Assembly: GCA_039714775.1 (NCBI GenBank)
Contig: JBDLIQ010000006.1
Coordinates: 3,695 to 67,694, forward strand
Direction: 5' to 3'
DNA from: Bacteroidota bacterium
Lineage (GTDB): Bacteria; Bacteroidota; Bacteroidia; Bacteroidales; GCA-2748055
DNA: 64,000 bases
The translations under genes were made by a program, and so were the position numbers. The notes under the pieces were generated by a model. That model was not told the origin of the DNA, ran no database searches, and saw nothing but the letters and a program-made list of their open reading frames with translations. This document shows, piece by piece, positions 18,698 to 27,969 of this stretch (the stretch's first letter is position 1; the number at the start of each line of letters is the position of its first letter).

Positions 18698-21460
18698 GTG
18701 GATCCGGATAATATTATTTGTATGAAAAAAGGAAATTTATTGGTTTTAGTGTTGCTGATATTTAGCATATCCGCATCTGCCCAGGGTTGGAAAAATCCCA
18801 TGACATTGGATGGAGAGTGGTCCTACTATGGCATAGGAGATCCTTATGTATTGAAACACAATGGTGTTTATTATCTCTATTGCAGTACAAAGGATTGGGA
18901 GACCGGTGTTAAAACCTGGAGCTCTAAGGATCTGATGAACTGGTCTTATGAAGGACTCTGCTCAACAGATCCCATCAGCGAATCAGCCTTTGCCCCGGAG
19001 GTGTATTACTGGAACGGTATGTTCTACATGTACACCTCACCGGCAGGCAGGGGGCATTACGCACTCTCCAGTGACAGTCCCACAGGCCCCTTTACCGTTG
19101 CAAGTCCCATGCTCTATAAATGGATCGACGGGGCAGTATATATTGATGATGATGCCAACTGGTATTTTTACCATGCACATGTGAATGGAATCCAGGGATG
19201 TGAGATGCCCTCGCCCATTGAAGTGGGTACCAGTGTCAACCTGAATGCCCAGATGAACAGCTCATGGACCGAAGGGCCCTGCCTGTTTAAGCGAAACGGG
19301 GTCTACTATATGATCTATACAGGGAACCACCTCCGTACCACCGGGTACCGCATTGATTACGGAACCAATACCACCGGTCCGCTGGAACCATTCACCCCGG
19401 CATCTCTCCAGAATCCGATACTTCTGAACACCATGGGGGACCATGTGGGGCTGGGACATGGATCCATCTTTCTCGGACCCGATCTGGACAGCTATTACCT
19501 TACCTATCACAGCATGATAGACCGTGGGCCACGCCAGCTGAACTTTGACCGCATCGCCTGGAACGGAGAGAAGATGATACTTCTTGGCTCTACAGATTTC
19601 GAGCAGCAGAGAGCCGCCCTTCCCGATGCATATGACTATTTCGAAAGGGAATCTCCAGGTGAGGGATGGAGCTTCACCGGTGGCGGGCAATGGAGCATAC
19701 AGAATAGTGAGTTCCTGCTTCAGGATGCGCCTTTTTCAGGTGTCGAAACATGGTACAAAGCCCTGTTGGACAGCACCACACAGGACAATTTCACTGCCGA
19801 ATTCAACCTCAGGGAGATCAACAGAGAGAACGATGAGGCCCGGGCAGGTGCAATCTTCTCATATGTTGACGAAGGAACCTTCGGGATCGCATTGATCCAT
19901 GGTTTCACAAAGAAGCTGGAGATCAACTTCCTGAAAGACAACGTATGGGAGGCACCTCAATATTATGAACTGCCTGCTGATTTTGATCTCTCCGCGTGGC
20001 ACACCATTCGCATCGAAAAATACAATGGCCAATTCCGCTTTTTTGTGGATGGCCTGCTAAAAGGGTCCCTGGTCAACGAAGCAGGAGCGGGAAAAACAGG
20101 TTACCTGGCCAGCCGGAACCATGTTGCTTTTGGATTTATCGGTTTCAGTAACATGGTGAATGGCTCCGGCGTATTCGACATCCATAAACCGCTGCCCGGA
20201 GAGATAGATGCAGTGCTCTACAACCAGGGCGGTGAAGGGGTGGGTTATCATGATGAGACTCCCCCTGCAGAGCCTGGTAATATCATCCGCAGTGATGAAA
20301 CTGAGATCATAGAGTGTTCCCGCGGAGGGTATGCGATCCATTCGGTTAAGGCCGGTGACTGGTACAGATACAATGTAAATGTAAAGCGTGACGGCAACTA
20401 TAATTGCGAAGTGGTCTATGCATCTGCATCCTCCTCAAACAGTATCACCATATCTGTCGGTGAAACTGATGTTTCCGGTGTGGTTGAGCTCCCCTCCACA
20501 GGGGGAACTGATCAATGGCGCTCCTTTGTCATAAAGAATCTTCAGCTTCCCACGGGAACCCATACCCTGAAAGTTGAAGCTGTTTCCGGGGATTTCGATT
20601 TTTACTCATTCCGGTTTGTGGAGGCAGATAATGATGCACATGATAAAACGTTTGATTTTGAATATTCATTTGGCAAAGGCTGGGAATATCGTGATGGCGA
20701 CTGGTCCATACAAAATCAGGAGGCTGTTGTGAACGGTTATGGCAAACGCACCTATGGCAGTGCTGCATGGAGAGACTATACTGTTGAAACAGATATGGTA
20801 TTTACCAGGGGAAGGAATGCCGGATTGATGTTCCGGGTCAATAATCCAGCTCCTGGCGGAGCAGCTAATGATCCCGAAAACGATCCCGAATGGGGCACCA
20901 GTTTCTTCCAGGGCTACTCTGTCAGATTCAGTCCCAGCAATGTGTTACTCTTCAAGCACAATTATGACAGTAAACTGATCACTTTAGGTCCGGGTTCATT
21001 CCCGATGGATAGCTGGTTCCACCTGAGGGTGGTGGTGGTGTATGACAGCATAAAGGTCTATGTGGATGATATGGTAAACCCGGTGATCAACTACAGAGAC
21101 ACCATTCCCTTTATCAATGGAATGGCCGGATTTCACTCTGTTGGTACCGATGTCCGGTTTGACAACTTCAGGGTTACCTCCAAACTGCTTACCACCTCGG
21201 ATAGGAAAAACCGGGAAGAGGTAGCGCATGAATTGATGCATGTTTACCCCAATCCATCATCCGGGTCAACCATGATTGAGTTTGGAAGTGCAACCCGGAG
21301 AAAAATCCGGATTGCAGACACGAGGGGTGTCACCCTAATCTCATACAACACCAGCAAAGAGAGGGTGGTTCTGCCGGCAAATACAATCCCGCCGGGCTTC
21401 TACATTGTGATAGCCGAGGATAAAACCGGAATTCATACAAAAAAACTATATATTAAATAA
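18698..21460 (+). CDS. GH43-family hydrolase fused to LamG/DUF1080-like modules, CBM6-like module and T9SS CTD
   Basis: The likely true start is ATG 18722 (MKKGNLLVLVLLIFSISASAQG). GH43 blades: GDPYVLKHNGVYYLYCS, FAPEVYYWNGMFYMYTS, WTEGPCLFKRNGVYYMIYTGN. CBM6-like segment: IDAVLYNQGGEGVGYHD ... GDWYRYNVNV ... TGGTDQWRSF ... GTHTLKV. Two DUF1080/LamG-like modules; the second ends GFHSVGTDVRFDNFRV. CTD: VYPNPSSGSTMIEF ... GFYIVIAED ... KKLYIK. Confidence 0.8.
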   Translation: MDPDNIICMKKGNLLVLVLLIFSISASAQGWKNPMTLDGEWSYYGIGDPYVLKHNGVYYLYCSTKDWETGVKTWSSKDLMNWSYEGLCSTDPISESAFAPEVYYWNGMFYMYTSPAGRGHYALSSDSPTGPFTVASPMLYKWIDGAVYIDDDANWYFYHAHVNGIQGCEMPSPIEVGTSVNLNAQMNSSWTEGPCLFKRNGVYYMIYTGNHLRTTGYRIDYGTNTTGPLEPFTPASLQNPILLNTMGDHVGLGHGSIFLGPDLDSYYLTYHSMIDRGPRQLNFDRIAWNGEKMILLGSTDFEQQRAALPDAYDYFERESPGEGWSFTGGGQWSIQNSEFLLQDAPFSGVETWYKALLDSTTQDNFTAEFNLREINRENDEARAGAIFSYVDEGTFGIALIHGFTKKLEINFLKDNVWEAPQYYELPADFDLSAWHTIRIEKYNGQFRFFVDGLLKGSLVNEAGAGKTGYLASRNHVAFGFIGFSNMVNGSGVFDIHKPLPGEIDAVLYNQGGEGVGYHDETPPAEPGNIIRSDETEIIECSRGGYAIHSVKAGDWYRYNVNVKRDGNYNCEVVYASASSSNSITISVGETDVSGVVELPSTGGTDQWRSFVIKNLQLPTGTHTLKVEAVSGDFDFYSFRFVEADNDAHDKTFDFEYSFGKGWEYRDGDWSIQNQEAVVNGYGKRTYGSAAWRDYTVETDMVFTRGRNAGLMFRVNNPAPGGAANDPENDPEWGTSFFQGYSVRFSPSNVLLFKHNYDSKLITLGPGSFPMDSWFHLRVVVVYDSIKVYVDDMVNPVINYRDTIPFINGMAGFHSVGTDVRFDNFRVTSKLLTTSDRKNREEVAHELMHVYPNPSSGSTMIEFGSATRRKIRIADTRGVTLISYNTSKERVVLPANTIPPGFYIVIAEDKTGIHTKKLYIK

Positions 21461-21476
21461 CTAATAATCCTGAATC

Positions 21477-22574
21477 ATGAAGCGTAAATCATTGAATGCA
21501 TTGACTGTACTGACTACACTGATCTTTTTACTTGCAGGATGTGGTGCCAACCAAAAAGAGGAGATTAACAAGGGAAGAACCGAACCCTGGAGTGTTGAGC
21601 AGGCGAAAGCATGGGGGGAGCAGAACCCCTGGCTGCGGGGTGCCAATTTCAATCCAAGCACAGCCATTAACCAGCTTGAAATGTGGCAGGCGGAATCGTT
21701 TGATCCGGAGACCATCGACCGGGAGCTTGGATGGGCCGAAGAGGCCGGATTCAACAGCATGCGTGTCTATCTGCATCACCTGGCCTGGCAGATCGACAGG
21801 GAAGGCTTTAAATCCCGCATGGACCAGTATCTGGATATTGCCAACAGGCATGGTATAAAGACCATCTTTGTATTTCTGGACGACTGTTGGAATGCTGAAT
21901 ACAAGGCAGGAAAACAGCCCGATCCCAAGCCTGGGATTCACAACTCCGGATGGGTACGGGACCCGGGCGACCTGATCTTCCGGGATCCGGGACTTAAAGA
22001 CACCCTTGAGGTATATGTGAAGGATATCCTGAATGCTTTTACGGAAGATGAAAGGATCGTGATGTGGGATCTTTACAATGAGCCGGGGAACAACGGTCTG
22101 GGCAACAAGTCCATGCCCCTGTTGCAGGATATCTTCACATGGGCTCGTGAAGTGAACCCAAGCCAGCCTTTGTCTGTAGGAGTATGGCACCATGAGCTGA
22201 CCGACCTGAACAGGTACCAGCTGGAGAATTCTGATATCATCACCTACCATAATTATGCCGATGAGGTGCAACATGGCAATGCCATTGACACACTGAAGGC
22301 CTATAACCGGCCCATGGTGTGCACAGAGTATATGGCACGTAAGAACAGCAGCAGGTTTGAAAACATTATGCCGCTGCTGAAGCAGGAGGGTGTGGGTGCC
22401 ATCAACTGGGGATTGGTTTCCGGTAAATCCAACACCATCTATGCCTGGGACACTCCCATACCCGACGGTTCGGAACCGGAAGTATGGTTTCATGATATTT
22501 TCAGGGCCGATGGCAGTGTATTTGACCAGGCTGAGATCGATCTGATCAGGAAACTGACCGGAACAGAGGAATAA
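21477..22574 (+). CDS. Clan GH-A (GH5-like) glycoside hydrolase lipoprotein
   Basis: 365 aa. Lipobox LLAGCGAN. TIM-barrel clan-A hallmarks: GFNSMRVYLH, acid/base context WDLYNEPGN, candidate nucleophile context VCTEYMAR. The subfamily cannot be assigned by eye. Confidence 0.65.
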   Translation: MKRKSLNALTVLTTLIFLLAGCGANQKEEINKGRTEPWSVEQAKAWGEQNPWLRGANFNPSTAINQLEMWQAESFDPETIDRELGWAEEAGFNSMRVYLHHLAWQIDREGFKSRMDQYLDIANRHGIKTIFVFLDDCWNAEYKAGKQPDPKPGIHNSGWVRDPGDLIFRDPGLKDTLEVYVKDILNAFTEDERIVMWDLYNEPGNNGLGNKSMPLLQDIFTWAREVNPSQPLSVGVWHHELTDLNRYQLENSDIITYHNYADEVQHGNAIDTLKAYNRPMVCTEYMARKNSSRFENIMPLLKQEGVGAINWGLVSGKSNTIYAWDTPIPDGSEPEVWFHDIFRADGSVFDQAEIDLIRKLTGTEE

Positions 22575-22590
22575 AAGCTATACTTGCATC

Positions 22591-23691
22591 ATGAGAACAA
22601 TTATCATCATTCCATCCATATTTTTGGTGGCTATCTTACATTCATGCACTGACAATCAAACTGATGTTCAATACCAGCGGTGGACCCTGACCGATACCGT
22701 TTTCACATCCCGTCCTGACCATCCTATGGACAATGTGGCCGTAAAGGATCCTTCCATTGTCAATTACAACGGAAGATACCACCTCTTCTATACCGCCAAG
22801 TCGGTATCTGATTCGGGAAGCGGTCCCGTCTACAGCATAGGATGCGGTTATGCCAGTGCCCCAACACCGAAGGGGCTTAACAGTGCCGAACGCGTCAATA
22901 TGGATTCATTGGCAGGAAGGGATGTGGTGGCCCCCCAGGTTTTTTTCTATGAACCCCAAAAGCTGTGGTACCTTATTGCCCATACAACGGTTGTGGAGGG
23001 TGAGCTGCATACGCTGGAACCGATCTATCTGACCAATCCGGATATTGAAGATCCGGGTGGCTGGTCAGAGGCGCAGATTCTGGAGACGGGCAAAAGCAGT
23101 GATGAATTCTGGATCGACTTCTGGGTGATCTGTACGGATGAAACGGCATATCTGTTCTATGCCAACCAGAAAGGTTCCATACTCAGAATGGAGTGCGGCC
23201 TGGAAGATTTCCCATCCGGATTCGCGGACAGCACTCCGGAGGAGGCCCTGAATGTGAACCATATGGAGGATGAAAAACCATGGCGGATGTTTGAAGCGGT
23301 CCATATCTACCATGTAAAGGAAGATGGCACCTACCTGGCGCTGCTGGAAGGGGCATTCTCCAATCCGGAGAGGCATTATGATGTGGAGAGCAGGACCCGG
23401 TTTATTTTTGGGATGAGGGCAGATTCACTAAACGGGAGATGGAGCAGGGTTGAAAACGGCGTGACTGAATTCCTGGCCGATGCGGGCAATCTTTATAACG
23501 AGGATGGAAGCAAATCAGCCTATACACAGGTAAGCCATCCAGAGCTGATCAGGTCCGGCTATAATCAGAAACTGGAGATCGATGACTATAACCTCAGCTT
23601 GCTGTTCCAGTCATTTGACGGCACAAAAATTCCTGATTCATACCACTACAATGAACTGCCATGGGAATTGATATTGATGAAGAATTATTAA
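22591..23691 (+). CDS. GH62-like alpha-L-arabinofuranosidase-family beta-propeller (paralog 1)
   Basis: 366 aa. Lipobox ILHSCTD. Collinear with my recollection of GH62 blocks: VKDPSIV.YNGRYHLFYT, VVAPQVFFYEPQKLWYLIAHT, YLFYANQKGSILRMECGLEDFPSGF, MFEAVHIYHV, VSHPELIRSGYNQKLEIDDYNLSLLFQSFD ... YNELPWELILMKNY. Confidence 0.7.
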   Translation: MRTIIIIPSIFLVAILHSCTDNQTDVQYQRWTLTDTVFTSRPDHPMDNVAVKDPSIVNYNGRYHLFYTAKSVSDSGSGPVYSIGCGYASAPTPKGLNSAERVNMDSLAGRDVVAPQVFFYEPQKLWYLIAHTTVVEGELHTLEPIYLTNPDIEDPGGWSEAQILETGKSSDEFWIDFWVICTDETAYLFYANQKGSILRMECGLEDFPSGFADSTPEEALNVNHMEDEKPWRMFEAVHIYHVKEDGTYLALLEGAFSNPERHYDVESRTRFIFGMRADSLNGRWSRVENGVTEFLADAGNLYNEDGSKSAYTQVSHPELIRSGYNQKLEIDDYNLSLLFQSFDGTKIPDSYHYNELPWELILMKNY

Positions 23692-26600
23692 CATTTCGAT
23701 ATAATCACAAAATGAGAAAACTGCTTTTTATTTTAAGTTTCGCTACAAGGATTGTATTTGCACAAGAGAGTGGTGTGAATGAGATTTCCAACTTCGACAA
23801 GTTATCCCTGCTCAGAAGTGATATTCTGAGTTTACAACAAAGCAGTCATGATCCGGCCGGCGGCAATCACAATGACGGCTTTGTTGGTGGAAATTTCCCC
23901 GATACTGTTAATGGTGAAAATGTGATGCTTCATGTTGAGGGACCGGGAGTTGTAAACAGAATCTGGCTCACCGGATACGAATTGTCTGATAAGATAAAGA
24001 TATATTTCGATGGAGAAACTACAGCCTCCGTTGATGAAACTGTATCCAGCTTCTTCTCAGGAGAAACCGCACCCTATTTATCACCTCTGGTAGTCAACGA
24101 TGCTGTTTCAAGTGGTGGTTTCTTCAGTTACATGCCCTTCCCTTTTGAACAATCAATAATGATCACTACAACCGGTAACCGTTTTTACAATATTAATTAC
24201 CAGTTGTACGATAAGAACAATACAGATATTTCAACCTGGACGGGGGATGAAGATCTTTCTGACGTATATAATATCTTCACTAACAAAGGAGAAGATCCTC
24301 GCCAGACAAACGGTTACGAATCCGATACAACCACCTTTAATCTGCCCGGTGGCAGTACAGAAGCAGCAATAAGCATTAATCAGCCAAACCACAATGTACG
24401 CGGAGTGTTCCTGAGGGTCCCGGAGTTGAATTACACATCCCTGGGGGGGAGCACTATCATAACAGATGATGGCAAAGCGACTACCGGATACAGTCAGTTT
24501 ACTTTAACAATAGACCCTTCAGCAGACTCAGTTGAGTTGGTCCGAAGACTGGATTATTGGGTAGCAAACCAAAAAGCCAATGTATATGTTGATGATGCCC
24601 TGGCAGGTGAATGGTTTACCGAGGGGAGCAATGGCACCGATAGATGGTTGGATGCATCATTTCAAATTCCACCGGCCCTCACTTCAGGGAAGAGTCAGAT
24701 CACCGTTAAAATTGTATTTGTAAGTTCCATGATTGACTGGAATGAATTCTATTATTGGATCTATTGCGATGGGGAACTTACTGATGAGCTGGACGTTGGA
24801 GATACTGACAGCGAGTCGTCCCATAATTACATCATTGACCCTATGAACTGGAGTGGTTCCCTGAGTTCTGAGTATCCAACCGAAGAATCTGAAGACACTT
24901 CAGATGATGGAAGGGCTTTTACCGGCTTCAGCGAATTTACGATGAACATCAGTCCGGATGCTTCAGAAATTAAGCTCATCAGGAAATTAGATTACTGTAT
25001 CAGAGATCAGAAAGCAAACATATTTGTTGATGGCGAGCCTGCAGGAGAGTGGTTTAATCAGGGGAATAATTGCATAGACAGGTGGTTGGATTCTGAGTTC
25101 ATCCTTCCAAATAATCTTACTACAGGCAAAAGCCAGGTTACCATTAAGATTGAATTTGTCAGTGCAGCAATTGACTGGAATGAGTTCTATTACTGGATCT
25201 ATTCAGACACCAATTTAACAGATGAACTTGATGTTGGTAACAGTGATAGTGAGACAGCACATAGTTACACGATCAGTGGACAGACATGGGCCGGATCAGG
25301 CGATTTTACCTATCCGGGCTCGGTTACTAAAGGAGATAATTCTAAAATCCTTGAGGGCCTTAAGATACAGATGTACTACGATGGAGAGACAAGCCCCTCG
25401 GTTGATGCACCTGTGGGCCTGTTTTTTGGCATGGGAACACTTGATGCCATCAGATGTCAATCCCTTCCGGTGGGGGTTGTACAGGATACAAACCAGATGT
25501 ACTGCTACTTCCCGATACCATTTGAATCCTCTTTTGAGCTTGTTCTTATAAACAACAGCGATATCGACCTTTCAGATGTTGAAGTCATTGTTAACCATGA
25601 GCCACTTACGCTTAATTTTTCAGATCTTGGCTATTTTAAAACCCAATACAGGGAGGAGAATCCAACCAGTTCGACCAGGGATTATATTTTTCTTGAAGAA
25701 GAGGGGCTTGGAAAGTATGTTGGTATGATCATGGAGACTGATGGTGCTGAAACCGATCTCTGGCTTGAAGGAGATGAACGTTTCTACATAGATAACTGCA
25801 GGACCCCATTGTTCTACGGAACCGGTACCGAAGATTATTTTAACGGGGCATGGTATTTCAATAGAGGGCCATTTAGCCTTGCTACCCATGGATATACAGC
25901 AAGAATTGATAGAGACCGTAGTCTATACAGGTTCCATCTCAGTGATCCTGTGTATTTTATGAGTCATGCAAAGCTCGGTATTGAACATGGTCCGGTAAAT
26001 GATATCAATACAAATTACAAAAGTCTGGCCTTCTATTATCACCAACCTGATGCAAAATTCAAACTTACAGATGAACTGGTATTGGGCAATACCTGGTCAG
26101 AGCAGGAGCACAATTATTCAGTTACCGGCAGTTCTCAGGAAGAGTTTGATAAATCATATTACTTTGAAGGTGACGAGGAGGATATTACAATTACTGAATC
26201 GGGTTATTTAATTGATGGAAGTTCTCAATTCACAGTTAATATTAAACCAGATAAGCCGGTAAGAGTAAAGCGGATGTTTGATTATAACATAAAAAATCAA
26301 ACTGCTGATCTCTATGTTGATGATATGCTGGTTGGCACATGGTACAGTTGTGGAAACAACTCAACACTGCGGTGGCGGGAAGAATTTTTTCTGATTCCTG
26401 CTGAGCTCACGGCTGGGAAATCCCGGATAACCTTAAGATTTGAGTCTCAAAACAGTGGTTTAAACTGGTCTGAATTTCATTATTGGATCTATTCTATTGA
26501 GCCTCATTATGTGAATATTGATCATCATCCGGTTAATGGGATTCTGATCTACCCCAATCCTGCAAATAGAGAGATTGTAATTGAAAGTGGAGAGTCAGAA

Positions 26601-26765
26601 GTGAAGCGTATAGAGATTTTGGATATGAGCGGAAAGATCATAAAACAATTCAAAACTCACAGTTCAGAACTCAGGGTTGACATATCTTTTTTGAATGAAG
26701 GGATCTACCTGATAAAGATGCATACTGATGAAAGAGAGATAACTAAAGTTTTTATAAAAAATTAA
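23661..26765 (+). CDS. GH172/DUF2961-family protein, repeat-expanded, with T9SS CTD
   Basis: The likely true start is ATG 23712 (MRKLLFILSFATRIVFAQ). The track start overlaps the upstream gene. DUF2961 signature LEGDERFYIDNCRTPLFYGTGTEDYFNGAWYF. Two copies of the N-terminal jelly-roll motif (IYFDGETTASVD ... FFSYMPFPFEQS and MYYDGETSPSVDAPVGLFFGMG ... MYCYFPIPFESS). Three ~100-aa internal repeats ending WNEFYYWIY / WSEFHYWIY. CTD: LIYPNPANREIVIE ... GIYLIKMH ... KVFIKN. Confidence 0.75.
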   Translation: MGIDIDEELLTFRYNHKMRKLLFILSFATRIVFAQESGVNEISNFDKLSLLRSDILSLQQSSHDPAGGNHNDGFVGGNFPDTVNGENVMLHVEGPGVVNRIWLTGYELSDKIKIYFDGETTASVDETVSSFFSGETAPYLSPLVVNDAVSSGGFFSYMPFPFEQSIMITTTGNRFYNINYQLYDKNNTDISTWTGDEDLSDVYNIFTNKGEDPRQTNGYESDTTTFNLPGGSTEAAISINQPNHNVRGVFLRVPELNYTSLGGSTIITDDGKATTGYSQFTLTIDPSADSVELVRRLDYWVANQKANVYVDDALAGEWFTEGSNGTDRWLDASFQIPPALTSGKSQITVKIVFVSSMIDWNEFYYWIYCDGELTDELDVGDTDSESSHNYIIDPMNWSGSLSSEYPTEESEDTSDDGRAFTGFSEFTMNISPDASEIKLIRKLDYCIRDQKANIFVDGEPAGEWFNQGNNCIDRWLDSEFILPNNLTTGKSQVTIKIEFVSAAIDWNEFYYWIYSDTNLTDELDVGNSDSETAHSYTISGQTWAGSGDFTYPGSVTKGDNSKILEGLKIQMYYDGETSPSVDAPVGLFFGMGTLDAIRCQSLPVGVVQDTNQMYCYFPIPFESSFELVLINNSDIDLSDVEVIVNHEPLTLNFSDLGYFKTQYREENPTSSTRDYIFLEEEGLGKYVGMIMETDGAETDLWLEGDERFYIDNCRTPLFYGTGTEDYFNGAWYFNRGPFSLATHGYTARIDRDRSLYRFHLSDPVYFMSHAKLGIEHGPVNDINTNYKSLAFYYHQPDAKFKLTDELVLGNTWSEQEHNYSVTGSSQEEFDKSYYFEGDEEDITITESGYLIDGSSQFTVNIKPDKPVRVKRMFDYNIKNQTADLYVDDMLVGTWYSCGNNSTLRWREEFFLIPAELTAGKSRITLRFESQNSGLNWSEFHYWIYSIEPHYVNIDHHPVNGILIYPNPANREIVIESGESEVKRIEILDMSGKIIKQFKTHSSELRVDISFLNEGIYLIKMHTDEREITKVFIKN

Positions 26766-26796
26766 TCAAATTCAGATACTTTGAGCCGTTGCTTTC

Positions 26797-27957
26797 GTGG
26801 TTCATAAACCTATTGTCATGAAAAATCATAAGACATTTGTCCTTGTTCTTGTTGTACTGATCCTTAACTCATGTAGAAATCCAGTCGAGATAGATGATAC
26901 AATATCGAACCAGTCAGTTCCGGAGTTCAACTATAAAGAGTGGACCGTCAGTGAACCGGTACTGGAAGCGGACAAGCCGGGCAGTTTTGATGAGATCTCG
27001 GTAAAGGATCCAACCATCGTGTACTACAACGGGAAATACCATCTGTTTTACACCAGCAAGGCCACCTATGAGACCCGTGACAGGATGTCCCACCTGAGCA
27101 GGAACGGATCGGGTCTGGGATATGTGGCTGCGGAGAGACTGGAGGAGCTGAAAAATGCGCAGCGGCACGATCTGGGCAGCATTACCGGGTCGGTCATTGT
27201 GGCGCCACAGGTGTTCTATTTTGAGCCCCAGAAATTATGGTATCTCGTAGCCCATACCCTGGTGGAGGGCAGACCCGACCTGATGCCCATCTACCTGACC
27301 AACCCTGATATAGAGGATATCCATGGCTGGTCTGCTCCGCAGGAACTAAAGACACGTAAGATCAACAACGGTTTCTGGATCGATTTCTGGGTTATCTGCG
27401 ACAAGGAGAAGGCACACCTCTTCTATACCGACCATGAAGGATCACTCTTCAGGTTCGAATGCCCGGTGGATCAGTTTCCCCATGGATTCGCCAATAAAAA
27501 AGAGGAGACCGTGCTGACGATCCGAGGCGAAACCAGCACAGGCCGCTGGCGCATGCATGAGGCGAGCCACATCTACTATGTAAAGGAGCATGACTGCTAC
27601 CTGAACCTGATGGAATCGGTCTATCCGCACCCTACGATAGAATACTACTGGGACAGCCGGAACCGTTTTCTTTTCGGGATGACAGCAGAGAAGCTTGAGG
27701 GGCCGTGGACCAGGGTTGAAGCGGGTCTGAACGAGTTCATGGGCGATCCGGAGAATCTCTTTATGGAGGATGGCAGCCGGGCGGTATATGACCAGGTGAG
27801 CCACCCGGAGCTGATCCGCTCGGGATATGATCAACGCCTTGAAATCGAGAATTTTGACCTTCAACTGCTCTTCCAGGCATTTGATGCCGATACCATTGCT
27901 GTACCGTATGATTACAACTACCTGCCCTGGAAACTGATGATCATGAAAAACTATTAA
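26797..27957 (+). CDS. GH62-like alpha-L-arabinofuranosidase-family beta-propeller (paralog 2)
   Basis: The likely true start is ATG 26818 (MKNHKTFVLVLVVLILNSC lipobox). It has the same conserved blocks as 22591-23691. By eye it is about 90 percent identical in protein to 51978-53159. Confidence 0.72.
   Translation: MVHKPIVMKNHKTFVLVLVVLILNSCRNPVEIDDTISNQSVPEFNYKEWTVSEPVLEADKPGSFDEISVKDPTIVYYNGKYHLFYTSKATYETRDRMSHLSRNGSGLGYVAAERLEELKNAQRHDLGSITGSVIVAPQVFYFEPQKLWYLVAHTLVEGRPDLMPIYLTNPDIEDIHGWSAPQELKTRKINNGFWIDFWVICDKEKAHLFYTDHEGSLFRFECPVDQFPHGFANKKEETVLTIRGETSTGRWRMHEASHIYYVKEHDCYLNLMESVYPHPTIEYYWDSRNRFLFGMTAEKLEGPWTRVEAGLNEFMGDPENLFMEDGSRAVYDQVSHPELIRSGYDQRLEIENFDLQLLFQAFDADTIAVPYDYNYLPWKLMIMKNY
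26908..27957 (+). repeat. 1.05-kb dispersed direct repeat, copy 1 (recent gene duplication; partner 52110-53159)
   Basis: The nucleotide alignment with 52110-53159 is gap-free over 1050 nt. I estimate identity at 85-90 percent from sampled stretches; it was not computed. Similarity stops at the stop codon and at the signal-peptide region. Confidence 0.8.
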
Positions 27958-27969
27958 ACCGGAGAACAG

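Noticed and set aside
21528-22493. 321-aa ORF on the minus strand covering almost the whole GH5-like gene
   Set aside because: The plus-strand product has a lipobox and clan GH-A motifs (WDLYNEPGN). The antisense product has no recognisable motif and a biased composition rich in G, P, V and H, typical of a shadow ORF. It is treated as an artefact.
23661-23711. Track start codons that create gene overlaps (23661 with the upstream GH62-like gene; likewise GTG 18698, GTG 26797, TTG 43193 and 36778)
   Set aside because: In each case an internal ATG directly precedes a canonical signal peptide or lipobox and removes the overlap. The extended starts are treated as ORF-finder artefacts, though the track coordinates are kept in the feature table.
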